A stretch of DNA of 64,000 nt, from assembly GCA_945865905.1 (NCBI GenBank), contig CAMBFC010000001.1, forward strand, positions 174,127 to 238,126, written 5' to 3'. Numbering within the stretch: position 1 is the stretch's first letter; every line of letters begins with the position of its first letter. Positions 36,553 through 46,525 of this stretch are shown here, piece after piece. This DNA is from Rickettsia typhi. GTDB taxonomy: Bacteria > Pseudomonadota > Alphaproteobacteria > Rickettsiales > UBA1997. A program made the translations under genes and the position numbers. A model generated the notes under the pieces. That model saw only the letters and a program-made list of their open reading frames with translations. It was not told where the DNA came from and did no database searches.

Positions 36553-36770
36553 AAAATATTTAATAAGTATATTAATATGACTCACTATCTTCTACAACAA
36601 ACTAAGCTTTTAATCAAGATTAATTTGACCTGATTTTTTTACAGAATTTTATCGAATTAGTTTATAAAAATTGTCTTATTCTAATTTAATTGCAAAATTT
36701 TGTTTAATTTAACAAAATTAAATCTAATCTATCGATATCGAAAATTCTAAATAACCAAACTATTTTGCAA

Positions 36771-37697
36771 ATGAAAATCTCAACCAAAGTTAAAAAAATT
36801 CTTTCATGCTACGAAAGCGATAACGCTGGCACCAAAACAAATTTAGCGCGCATTTTGATGCATGGCAAACTTGGCGGAACTGGCAAATTAGTTATTTTGC
36901 CAGTTGATCAAGGCTTTGAACACGGCCCTGCCCGCAGTTTTGCTGTTAATCCAGATGCTTACGATCCTCACTATCATTTTCAATTAGCAGTTGATGCGGG
37001 CTTAAGCGCTTACGCGGCTCCACTTGGCATGCTTGAAGCTGGAGCAGATAGCTTTGCTGGCGCGATTCCATTGATTTTAAAAGCCAATAGTTCAAATTCT
37101 TTACATAATGGTGGAACAGCTCCACACCAAGCTACAACTGGCTCGGTGAAGGATGCTTTGCGCCTTGGCTGCTCAGCAATCGGCTTTACAATTTATCCCG
37201 GTTCTGATGCTGCTTTTGATATGATGGAAGAATTTCGTGAAATCTCTGAAGAAGCCAAATCTTATGGGCTTGCAACTGTTTTGTGGTCTTATCCGCGTGG
37301 TGGCGATCTTTCTAAAATTGGCGAAACTGCTGTTGATATTTGTGCTTATGGCGCGCACATGGCGGCATTGCTTGGCGCTCACATTATCAAAGTTAAAATT
37401 CCTACTCAAGCATTAGAAAATCTTGAAGCAATCAAAGCTTATGAAAAAAATAAAATCTCTGTTGCAACTACAGAAGAGCGCATCAAACATGTAATGCAAA
37501 CCGTGTTTAATGGCCGCAGAATCGTAGTATTTTCTGGCGGAAATGTCAAAAGTGATCAAGAACTTTATAGCGAAATTAGTGCGCTTTATAAAGGTGGTGC
37601 AAACGGCTCTATTATTGGTCGCAACACTTTTCAAAGACCTCGCGAAGAAGCATTGACAATGTTAGAAAAAATTATCGATATTTATCAAGGCAAATAA
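36771..37697 (+). CDS. Class I fructose-bisphosphate aldolase (DhnA/FbaB type)
   Basis: DNAGTKTNLARILMHGKLGGTGKLVILPVDQGFEHGP and the downstream IIKVK region, which could hold the Schiff-base Lys, are typical of the archaeal-type class I aldolase family. Confidence 0.8.
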   Translation: MKISTKVKKILSCYESDNAGTKTNLARILMHGKLGGTGKLVILPVDQGFEHGPARSFAVNPDAYDPHYHFQLAVDAGLSAYAAPLGMLEAGADSFAGAIPLILKANSSNSLHNGGTAPHQATTGSVKDALRLGCSAIGFTIYPGSDAAFDMMEEFREISEEAKSYGLATVLWSYPRGGDLSKIGETAVDICAYGAHMAALLGAHIIKVKIPTQALENLEAIKAYEKNKISVATTEERIKHVMQTVFNGRRIVVFSGGNVKSDQELYSEISALYKGGANGSIIGRNTFQRPREEALTMLEKIIDIYQGK

Positions 37698-37717
37698 TTT
37701 TTTCTTTATACAATGGC

Positions 37718-39268
37718 GTGTTAATAAAAAATCTAACAATTGAATTTCTCAATTCATCTGGCTTTGAACCATCTAAAATCAAGGTCGTAGATGATGTTTC
37801 TTTTTCTTTGCCTCACGCAAAAATCACTGCTTTAATCGGGCAAAGTGGCTCAGGAAAATCAGTCACCGCTTTGGCAATTTTGGGGCTTTTGCGCAAAGCA
37901 AAAATTGCTGGAGAAATTATTTTTGACGATATTGATCTGTTAAAACTAAATGACCGCGCGCTTTGCAAAATAAGGGGTGGCGATATTGGAATTGTTTTTC
38001 AAGATCCAAATTCTTCACTAAATCCACTGCATAAAATTGGCCAGCAAATTGCCGAAAGCATTTATATTCACAATAAAAAATTTTCGCGCGATAAAATCAA
38101 AAAACGCGTTGCAGAATTGCTTGAGCTTGTTGATCTTAAGCCTTTGATTTCAAGACTAGATGATTATCCGCATCAACTTTCTGGCGGGCAAAAACAGCGC
38201 GTAATGTTAGCGATCGCTCTCGCCAATAATCCCAAAATTTTAATTGCTGATGAACCAACAACCGCGCTTGATATTGATACTCAAGATGAGATTCTAGAAT
38301 TGCTGCAAAAACTGCGCCGTGAGCTTGGTTTAACGATTTTATTCATCACTCACAACTTAAAAATTGTGAAAAAAATTGCTGATAAAATTGTGATTTTAAA
38401 AGATGGAAAAATTGTTGAAAAAGGTGATGCAAAAACTATTTTTGCCAATGCCAAAGATGATTATACAAAAAAATTATTAGCAGCAGCAAAACCACCCCAA
38501 TCCTTATCAGCAAAAGATTTTGCTCAAGAAATTCTGCAGGTAAAAAATCTTTGCGTCATCCACAAAATTAAAACAGGATTTTTTAAATCTAAAAATTTTT
38601 ACGCTAATAAAGATATAAATTTTTCGCTAAATTTAGGAGAAAATCTAGGATTGATTGGCACCAGCGGATCAGGAAAATCAACACTTGCCAAGGCTTTGAT
38701 GAGTTTAATAAAACATGATGGCGAAATTATTTATTTGCAAAATCATAATGCAAAAAATTCTGCCCATAAAAAAAATTCATCGCAAAAATTATCAACAAGA
38801 CAAGGTGATTTTTTTGCTAAAACAGATTCTTCGCCAAGCAGTCACGCGCAAATCGTTTTTCAAGACCCATTCTCTAGCCTTAATCCGCGCATGTTAGTGA
38901 AGGATATAATCGCCGAAGGATTGATAATTCGCGGTCAAAAAAATCCACAAAAACAAGTTGATAAAATCTTGCAGAAACTTGATTTTGCTACTTCTATTAA
39001 ATATCGCTACCCTCACGAATTATCAGGAGGACAGCGCCAACGCGTTGCCATTGCTCGCGCATTAATTTTAAATCCACAAATATTAATTTTGGATGAACCG
39101 ACTTCAGCCCTTGACTTACTTACTCAAAACGAAATAATTGATCTATTGCTAGATCTGCAAAAGAAACAAAATATTTCATATATAATAATTTCTCACGATC
39201 TTGATGTAGTGGCCCGCATCGCTCATCGCACTATAATTTTGCGGGATGGAAAAATTTTAAACTCATGA
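37718..39268 (+). CDS. Duplicated ABC-transporter ATPase (peptide/nickel family, YejF-like)
   Basis: Two Walker A sites (GQSGSGKS, GTSGSGKS), two LSGGQ signatures and two Walker B sites (LIADEPT, LILDEPT). Non-ATG start in the track. Confidence 0.85.
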   Translation: MLIKNLTIEFLNSSGFEPSKIKVVDDVSFSLPHAKITALIGQSGSGKSVTALAILGLLRKAKIAGEIIFDDIDLLKLNDRALCKIRGGDIGIVFQDPNSSLNPLHKIGQQIAESIYIHNKKFSRDKIKKRVAELLELVDLKPLISRLDDYPHQLSGGQKQRVMLAIALANNPKILIADEPTTALDIDTQDEILELLQKLRRELGLTILFITHNLKIVKKIADKIVILKDGKIVEKGDAKTIFANAKDDYTKKLLAAAKPPQSLSAKDFAQEILQVKNLCVIHKIKTGFFKSKNFYANKDINFSLNLGENLGLIGTSGSGKSTLAKALMSLIKHDGEIIYLQNHNAKNSAHKKNSSQKLSTRQGDFFAKTDSSPSSHAQIVFQDPFSSLNPRMLVKDIIAEGLIIRGQKNPQKQVDKILQKLDFATSIKYRYPHELSGGQRQRVAIARALILNPQILILDEPTSALDLLTQNEIIDLLLDLQKKQNISYIIISHDLDVVARIAHRTIILRDGKILNS

Positions 39269-40869
39269 AACGCCCAGAACTATTGCTTCCAGCAGGCACG
39301 CTTGATCGTCTAAAAACCGCCATTCTTTATGGTGCCGATGCTGTTTATTGTGGCACACCCGATATGTCGCTACGCGTAAAATCTGGTTTCACACTTGAAG
39401 ATGTCGTTGAGGGCATTGAGTTTGCGCATGCGCGCGGCAAAAAAGTTTATCTTACGCTCAATCTTTTTTCACATAATAAAGATATCGAAAAACTGCCTGA
39501 ATTCATTGAGACTGTAAAGCTGGCAAAACCTGATGGCTTGATTATTTCTGATCCGGGAGTTTTTAATTTTGTTAAAGAACATGCGCCAGATCTAGAGCTG
39601 CATATCTCTACGCAAGCCAATGTTTGCTCTTGGCTTACAGTTGATTTTTGGGAAAAACAAGGCGCATCATTAGTTGTAATGGCCCGCGAAGTAAGCTTTG
39701 AAGAGCTCGCTGAGATCCGCAAAAAATGCCCCAATATCAAAATTGAAACTTTCGTGCATGGTTCAATGTGCATGACCTATTCAGGAAGATGCTTGCTATC
39801 AAACTTTCTCGCCGAGCGCGGAGCCAATCAGGGCAGCTGTGCGCATAGTTGTCGCTGGGGTTATAAATTAAAAATAAAACTCAAAGATAACACTGAGCAT
39901 GAAATAGAAATCAATGAAGATAACAAAGATTTATTCGATTTTTTCTTGGAAGAAGAAGTGCGCCCGGGCCAGTTGCTGCCTTTTGAGGAAGATGTTCACG
40001 GTTCTTATATTTTAAACGCCAAAGATTTATGTTTGCTGCCAAAACTTGATGAATATATCAAGATTGGACTCGATTCTTTTAAGGTTGAAGGACGCAACAA
40101 AACCGAGTTCTACGCTGGTTCGGTGGCCCGCGTTTATCGTGCCGCGATCGATGATTACATGAAAAATCCCGATGATTGGAACGCTGATGATTATATGGAT
40201 GAAATAAACTCAGTTGCCAATCGCGGCTACAGCCTAGCGTTTCACGATGGCCGCCTAACTAACCTCGCCCATGATTATGAAAGCACTGGATCAACCTCAT
40301 TTTATGAATATGCTGGCCGCGTTGTAGAATGGCAAGGCGATGATATGATCGTTGAAGTCAAGAACCGCCTTGATGCAGGCGATGTGTTAGAATTTTTATC
40401 ACCATTCAAGCGCGAGCCAATTTTGCTGCGCATGTATGAATTTCACGATGTTAAAAAAGATAAAATTGTTGAGGTAATGCATGCGGGCCAAAAGCCTATG
40501 ATTCGCGTTCCTGCGGCACTTTTTCATTTAGAAACTGTTGAAAAATTAAAAGAATTATTGCCACCACTTTCTTTGATCAGAAAAGAAAAAGGATTGGAAG
40601 AAAGTGAAAAACTAAAAGTTGAATCGCGTCAATTGTCGCACCAGCTTGAAGGTGGTTCAATTCGTGAAGAAAAATACGATAATAAGCGCAAAAAATATTT
40701 TAAAGCACTAGAAATCACCGACTCCGAAATTTCTCACCGCACACCGCGCATTGGTAAAGATGGCTGTTGTGGCAAGGGTTGCAACGGCTGCTTGATGTTT
40801 TGGCATGATGATAAATATGCGAAGGCGCGTGAGATTTTGAAGGGGAAAAAGATTGGCGAGATGTTATAA
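39265..40869 (+). CDS. Peptidase U32 family protein with a C-terminal CCxxGCxxC extension
   Basis: The N-terminus MKRPELLLPAGTLDRLKTAILYGADAVYCG is typical of U32 (YegQ/TrhP-like). The C-terminal motif is GCCGKGCNGCLMFWHDDKY at nt 40762-40818. ATGA overlap with the upstream ABC ATPase. Confidence 0.8.
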   Translation: MKRPELLLPAGTLDRLKTAILYGADAVYCGTPDMSLRVKSGFTLEDVVEGIEFAHARGKKVYLTLNLFSHNKDIEKLPEFIETVKLAKPDGLIISDPGVFNFVKEHAPDLELHISTQANVCSWLTVDFWEKQGASLVVMAREVSFEELAEIRKKCPNIKIETFVHGSMCMTYSGRCLLSNFLAERGANQGSCAHSCRWGYKLKIKLKDNTEHEIEINEDNKDLFDFFLEEEVRPGQLLPFEEDVHGSYILNAKDLCLLPKLDEYIKIGLDSFKVEGRNKTEFYAGSVARVYRAAIDDYMKNPDDWNADDYMDEINSVANRGYSLAFHDGRLTNLAHDYESTGSTSFYEYAGRVVEWQGDDMIVEVKNRLDAGDVLEFLSPFKREPILLRMYEFHDVKKDKIVEVMHAGQKPMIRVPAALFHLETVEKLKELLPPLSLIRKEKGLEESEKLKVESRQLSHQLEGGSIREEKYDNKRKKYFKALEITDSEISHRTPRIGKDGCCGKGCNGCLMFWHDDKYAKAREILKGKKIGEML

Positions 40870-40997
40870 ATCTTGCTTATTACTCTCCATATCTTGAGAT
40901 CTCGCTATTTTTGCAAAGCAAGAGATCGGTCTTTATAAATTTAAAGCAATCAACATAATAACTGACCTATAGAGCAATTTGGTAAATATTTTTTACA

Positions 40998-42419
40998 ATG
41001 ATAATCTTCTCCTTCAGCGCTTTCCTCTTTGTTTTTATCGCCATCGGCCTGCTTTCTACCTTTAAAAGCAAGCATACCAGCGCCGATTATCTCATCGCCA
41101 GCCACAGCGAAAAACCATGGCTCATCGCGCTCTCAGCGGTTGCCACCAACAATAGCGGCTACATGTTTATCGGCATGATCGGCTACGCTTACACCAACGG
41201 GCTCTCGGCAATTTGGATCATGATTTGCGCCATCACCGGCGATTTTTGCGCCTCACTTTTCATCCACAAAAAATTACGAATTTCGTCAGGAAGGTCTCAC
41301 GCTCTAAGCTTTCCCGAGGCAATTAGCAAATGGAATGGCACTGATTATCCAATTTTGCGCGTTGTTGGCGCCTTAATTGTGGTAGTATTTTTAAGCGTTT
41401 ACGCCGCGGCGCAATTGCAGGCGGGCGGCAAGGCGCTACATGTTTTATTCGGCTGGAATTTTGCCATCGGACCAATAATCGGCGCGGTGATAGTGCTGGT
41501 CTATTGCTATGCCGGCGGCATTCGCGCTTCAATTTGGAGCAACACAGCGCAATCCTTTGTGATGATTGCCTCGATGGCCATTTTATTTTTTGCCTCACTC
41601 AAAAAAATCGGTGGATTAGATGCGATGATTCTTGGACTGCAAAATGTTTCACCAGAATATTTCAGCATTTTTCCTCACGATTTACTTTTTAACAAAGGCT
41701 TGGGATTGGCTCTATTTATAGTTGGATGGTTTTTTGGCGGCTTTGGAATTGTTGGCCAACCTCATGTAATGACCAGCTTTATGGCAATGAACAAGCCCGA
41801 AAGCATTGGCCGCGTGCGCCTTTATTATTATAGCTGGTATGTGATATTTTTCTCTTTCACTTTAGCCACTGGCCTAGCGGCGCGCCTTCTGCTGCCTATG
41901 CATGCAGGCTTTGACCCCGAGCTAGCTTTGCCGATTTTATCGCAACAAATTTTGCCCGATATATTAATTGGCTTGATTTTGGCCGGATTATTTTCAGCAA
42001 CAATGTCATCGGCAGACTCACAGATTCTAGGTTGCTCAGCTTCTATCACCAATGATTTATTTCCTAAAAAACGCAGCAGTTATTTTGCGGCAAAATTGGC
42101 GACGATGGTCGTTACAATTATCGCATTATTAGTTGCAATTGGTAACAACCAAAGTGTTTTTGCCCTAGTAAACATTGGCTGGCTGGCCCTCGCCTGCTCT
42201 TTTACACCAATAATTACAATTTATGCTTTGGGCCAAAAAATGTCGCAAAAAATGGCATTGACCTGCATGTTTACGGGGTTTACTGTGATGATGATTTGGC
42301 GCCATTTTAATTTGGGATCAGCTATATATGAGGCCGCACCCGGCATTATTGCGGGCGCGTTGCCTTATTTGATTGACCAAGTTTTTAAGAGATACTGGCG
42401 CCGTTTGGATTGCAAATAA
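40998..42419 (+). CDS. Sodium:solute symporter family (SSF) transporter, PutP-like
   Basis: 473 aa and polytopic. The GGIRASIWSNTAQ and SATMSSADSQIL regions are typical of the SSF family. Confidence 0.75.
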   Translation: MIIFSFSAFLFVFIAIGLLSTFKSKHTSADYLIASHSEKPWLIALSAVATNNSGYMFIGMIGYAYTNGLSAIWIMICAITGDFCASLFIHKKLRISSGRSHALSFPEAISKWNGTDYPILRVVGALIVVVFLSVYAAAQLQAGGKALHVLFGWNFAIGPIIGAVIVLVYCYAGGIRASIWSNTAQSFVMIASMAILFFASLKKIGGLDAMILGLQNVSPEYFSIFPHDLLFNKGLGLALFIVGWFFGGFGIVGQPHVMTSFMAMNKPESIGRVRLYYYSWYVIFFSFTLATGLAARLLLPMHAGFDPELALPILSQQILPDILIGLILAGLFSATMSSADSQILGCSASITNDLFPKKRSSYFAAKLATMVVTIIALLVAIGNNQSVFALVNIGWLALACSFTPIITIYALGQKMSQKMALTCMFTGFTVMMIWRHFNLGSAIYEAAPGIIAGALPYLIDQVFKRYWRRLDCK

Positions 42420-42502
42420 CAAAACAAAAACTCAACGGAGTTTTTGTCAACAAAGAGAAGCCTTTAACAGCATTTTATATATCATATTTTATTACAAGTT
42501 CT

Positions 42503-43210
42503 ATGAAAAAACCTCTTCTAATTGCTATCGATGGGCCATCTGCTTCAGGCAAAGGCACTGTTGCTAAAAAAATTGCAGCACACTTTAACCTGCCATATCT
42601 CAACACCGGCGCGCTTTATCGCCTTGTTGCATTGCGAGCAATTGAACAAAAAGTTGCGGTGAATAGTTTTTTTAATGCCGGCAAAAATGATGCAATTGCA
42701 CCCGATGATAGTGAAGAAAATTTCAATCTTGTCACTTTTGAACAATTATTAGATTCACTCACAAAAAATATCACTGAAAATGAATTAGAGCAAGAAGTGT
42801 TATTTGGTGAAGATGTTGGCGCTGTAGCTTCGGTGATTGCACAAAATTCTTTACTAAGAAAAAAACTTTTTACCTTTCAACAAGAATTCATCGCCAATAG
42901 CAAAGAGCAAAAGGGTGGCGCAGTGCTTGATGGACGAGATACCACAACGGTTATTTGCCCAGATGCAACGAACAAATTTTATATCACCGCAGCAGTAGAA
43001 ATACGCGCCCAAAGAAGATTTAATCAACTAAAAAACCAAGGAAAAAATATAGCTTTTGAAGAAATTCTCACTCAATTAAAAACGCGCGATGAAAATGATT
43101 CAAACCGCAAAGACTCTCCCTTGTTGATTGCAAAGGATGCGATAGTTATTGATAACGGAACTTTATCAATTGAAGAAGGATTTAAAAAATGTTTGAGCTT
43201 TATTAATTAG
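42503..43210 (+). CDS. cmk: Cytidylate kinase
   Basis: IAIDGPSASGKGTVAK P-loop and the DGRDTTTVICPDA region. Start taken at MKKPLL (track ORF begins at 42410 inside the upstream gene). Confidence 0.9.
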   Translation: MKKPLLIAIDGPSASGKGTVAKKIAAHFNLPYLNTGALYRLVALRAIEQKVAVNSFFNAGKNDAIAPDDSEENFNLVTFEQLLDSLTKNITENELEQEVLFGEDVGAVASVIAQNSLLRKKLFTFQQEFIANSKEQKGGAVLDGRDTTTVICPDATNKFYITAAVEIRAQRRFNQLKNQGKNIAFEEILTQLKTRDENDSNRKDSPLLIAKDAIVIDNGTLSIEEGFKKCLSFIN

Positions 43211-43251
43211 TTTAAATTTTGCTATCGAGACAAATCTTACAAATAATCTTG

Positions 43252-44298
43252 TTAATATTTACTGCTGCTTTTAAAAAATTTACCAAGTGCCGCCAAAGCT
43301 CCAATAGTGATGGCAGTTCCCTTAATTTCTGAACTTGGCGTAGTTTGTTTTGATATATTTTGAGCCATGCGCGATTCTGCTCTAAGGGCAACAAGCTCAG
43401 AAAATTTTCCATCACCAAAAACTTGTAAAGCGTTTTCGGTTTTTTTCCATTCTTGTTGAGCGCCCTTTATAGCCTCTTCGGCGACTTTCTCAAAATATAA
43501 ATTCATGTCTTTATCAGAAGGAGGGGTTTTTTTTGTTAGCAGCGATTCTTGATAAGCTTGATAGACAAGAGAAAATGGCACAGAGCCTGCAATTAATTGA
43601 TCCACTTCTGCAATATATGCTTTGTATGTCAAATGAGCTTGGTTCATTTGTTGCGTCTCATAAGGGCTCGCAACCTTTGTTAGCAATTTATTTGCTTGGT
43701 CAGCAAATCCTTCGTTAGTGCCAGCAGAAACAATATATGCGCCTAAAGTTTTTGGAATTGTTAATCGCGAAAATTTTCTCATATCCAACTCTAAAACAAC
43801 TGGGGCTAGTTTATCAAATTTACCTCCAAGTTGCGCAACTATAGAGCGAAAATCTACACTATTTTGATCTAAGGTTTTTATTAAATAATCATTATTTATA
43901 AAAGATCTTCCTAATGATGCATCCCACAATTGATAAGAACGCAAATTATAACCAACATTCAGGTTATTTAGCGTATCAACAAGAACTACAATGGTTTGTT
44001 CTGTTAAAATTTTAGAAACATCTGATTTTGGGGCCAATCTATATTTTGAAGACAGAGAGCGTATTGATTCATCACTCATAGATCGCACCATTTGCAATCC
44101 GATATTTTGCATCTGTTTTGCAAAACCATTACTTACCTCTGGATTTATTGCGGCACGAACTAACCCTATAGCTCTACTAGCATCAGGAATGTATTTGGTT
44201 AAGAGCTCTTCTGGCACTTTTGATGCAACCTCCATTCTCGCAATACCAACAATGCTTTTCAAATGTTGTAATGCTGCCGATGGATTTGGTTTTGTCAT
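43252..44298 (-). CDS. Orphan hypothetical protein (348 aa)
   Basis: Long ORF with native-looking composition and a hydrophobic C-terminal stretch GTAITIGALAALGKFF. No motif or family recognised. Confidence 0.5.
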   Translation of the reverse strand: MTKPNPSAALQHLKSIVGIARMEVASKVPEELLTKYIPDASRAIGLVRAAINPEVSNGFAKQMQNIGLQMVRSMSDESIRSLSSKYRLAPKSDVSKILTEQTIVVLVDTLNNLNVGYNLRSYQLWDASLGRSFINNDYLIKTLDQNSVDFRSIVAQLGGKFDKLAPVVLELDMRKFSRLTIPKTLGAYIVSAGTNEGFADQANKLLTKVASPYETQQMNQAHLTYKAYIAEVDQLIAGSVPFSLVYQAYQESLLTKKTPPSDKDMNLYFEKVAEEAIKGAQQEWKKTENALQVFGDGKFSELVALRAESRMAQNISKQTTPSSEIKGTAITIGALAALGKFFKSSSKY

Positions 44299-44390
44299 AA
44301 AAATAAAAACTATATTGAATTTGAAACAAAGAAATTTAGACTCAAAGAATTAGTTTTGATTGTCAACCATATAAATCGCTGAAATTGCTA

Positions 44391-45530
44391 ATGAAAAATA
44401 TCAAAATCACACCACAATTAATTAAAGATCACAACCTCACCGACGGTGAATATTCTAAGGTGCTCGAGATTTTGGGACGCGAACCTACCATCACCGAACT
44501 GGGGATTTTTTCTGCAATGTGGTCCGAACATTGCTCTTATAAATCTACCAAAAAGTGGTTAAAAACCATGCATACCAAGGCTCCATGGGTTATTTGTGGC
44601 CCCGGTGAAAATGCTGGCGTGATCGATATTGGCGATGGCCAAGCTGTAGTATTTAAAATGGAAAGCCACAATCACCCTTCATTCATCGAGCCTTATCAAG
44701 GTGCGGCGACTGGTGTTGGTGGAATTTTGCGCGATGTATTCACGATGGGAGCGCGCCCGATTGCAAATTTAAATGCGTTAAGATTTGGCGAAATAGATCA
44801 TCCAAAAACGCGCCAGCTGGTTAACGGAGTGGTTTCGGGCATTGGTGGATATGGTAATTGCGTTGGTGTTCCAACTGTTGGTGGCGAAGTCACTTTTCAC
44901 AAAAGCTATAATGGCAATATTATCGTAAATGCGATGACTGTAGGCTTGGCAGATTCAAACAAAATATTTTATTCAGCCGCTTCTCAAGTTGGCGCATCCG
45001 TAGTTTATGTTGGATCGAAAACTGGTCGCGATGGTATAAATGGCGCAGTTATGGCCTCAGATGAATTTAAAGAAGGCGATGAAGATAAGCGCCCAACGGT
45101 GCAAGTGGGTGATCCATTCACTGAAAAACTAGTACTTGAAGCATGCTTAGAATTAATGCAATCAGATGCGATTTTATCCATACAAGATATGGGTGCGGCA
45201 GGCCTCACCTCTTCTTCCTTCGAAATGTCAGGCAAAGGCGGAACAGGGATCGAATTGAATTTAGAAAATGTTCCGCAACGCGAAACGCAAATGACGCCAT
45301 ACGAAATTATGCTATCTGAAAGCCAAGAAAGAATGCTGATGATTTTAAAACCAGAAAAAGAAGAATTTGCGCGCAAAATTTTTGAAAAATGGAATTTGGA
45401 TTTTGCGGTAATAGGCGTTGTTACTGATAGTGGTCGCGTGGTGATAAAAATGGATGGCGAGGTTTATGCGGATATTCCTTCTGATCCACTTTCAGAAGCG
45501 GCGCCAGAATATGACCGCCCTTGGATTTAG
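44391..45530 (+). pseudogene. purL: purL (FGAM synthase II), N-terminal half only; truncated
   Basis: Collinear with the first ~380 aa of small-type PurL ([52 protein letters not shown]). It stops at ..EYDRPWI where full-length PurL continues for ~360 more aa. No continuation is found downstream in any frame. Confidence 0.7.
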
Positions 45531-45654
45531 ATACATTATTGATTCATAAAGGGTCGAGTTAATTATACATAATTGACTTCAATTTTTTTCTACTTTATTT
45601 TTGCAAATGGCCTAATATGCGGGCTTTTTTGATTTCAACTAAATAAAATAATTT

Positions 45655-46347
45655 ATGAAAAAAATTAGTTACATTGTGTCGGTTCTTGCTGTATTAGCAA
45701 GCGCATCTGCCTCTGCAAAAACTGAAGGAAATTTTGCTGATTTTAGCGTTTTAAGATCAAGTATAGAATTAAAAGAAAACGAAGAATTTAACAAGAAAAG
45801 TGATTCATCTTTTGGTTTTGGCTTTGCTTACAAACACGCAATCAGCTTTAATGATTTTTTCGTGGCTCCCGGTGTATTTTTTGATCACCTTGGAAACGAA
45901 ACAAAAGAATCTGGAACAGACGGAGGTATTGGTTTTGTAAGTTCTTTCTCTAATAAAGGATCAATCAATAATAGATATGGCGCAAAGTTAGACCTTGGAT
46001 ATGATTTAAATGATCAATTTTCTGTTTATGGAACTGGCGGATTATCATATTTATCATACAACATTAGGTCTTCTTTATCTTGGGATGATACCACCACCCC
46101 CGCCAATCCTGACACTACTTCTTTTTCTAAAAAAGGAAGAAAATCTAGTCCATTTGTTGGAGCAGGTTTTCTTTATAAGATTAACAAAGACTTAGCTTTA
46201 ATGGCAGAATATACTATGCAAAATGTTAATATAAAAACACCTGGGTCATCTTCTACAAATGGAGTAGAATTTAATCCTTCAATCAGTGCCTCTACCGCTA
46301 AAATCAAACTAAACATCTTAAAAGTTGGTCTTTCTTACCACTTCTAG
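45655..46347 (+). CDS. Outer-membrane beta-barrel protein (Omp25/OmpA-like small porin family)
   Basis: Signal peptide ..ASASA, alternating strands and a C-terminal LKVGLSYHF. Confidence 0.75.
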   Translation: MKKISYIVSVLAVLASASASAKTEGNFADFSVLRSSIELKENEEFNKKSDSSFGFGFAYKHAISFNDFFVAPGVFFDHLGNETKESGTDGGIGFVSSFSNKGSINNRYGAKLDLGYDLNDQFSVYGTGGLSYLSYNIRSSLSWDDTTTPANPDTTSFSKKGRKSSPFVGAGFLYKINKDLALMAEYTMQNVNIKTPGSSSTNGVEFNPSISASTAKIKLNILKVGLSYHF

Positions 46348-46368
46348 TTTTGGTTGCAATACTTGTAT

Positions 46369-46408
46369 AAAAAAAGGCGGCTCTTATTAATTTAAGGGCC
46401 GCTTTTTT
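46369..46408 (+). terminator. Rho-independent-like (bidirectional) terminator after the porin gene
   Basis: AAAAAAGGCGGC, a loop, then GCCGCTTTTTT. GC stem with one bulge, flanked by an A-run and a T-run. Confidence 0.45.
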
Positions 46409-46525
46409 ATTGATAATTAACGATAAAAATCTATTATTCTTTCATCTCTCAAACTAAAAAAGTCTACACTTCATTCTTTGGCCGCTTAAAAATTTTAAGA
46501 TTAAAAAAGCCAACATTATAAAAAT

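Noticed and set aside
31097-36585. The large paralogs as autotransporters or RTX/T1SS substrates
   Set aside because: They have no C-terminal beta-barrel ending in an aromatic residue, no GGxGxD nonapeptide repeats and no N-terminal Sec signal. The C-terminus instead has a TM helix plus a Pro-rich tail.
40890-40940. GAGATCTCG near 40905 as a remnant of the element terminus (CGAGATCTATAA)
   Set aside because: The match is only 8-9 nt, with no core or arms nearby. It is probably chance.
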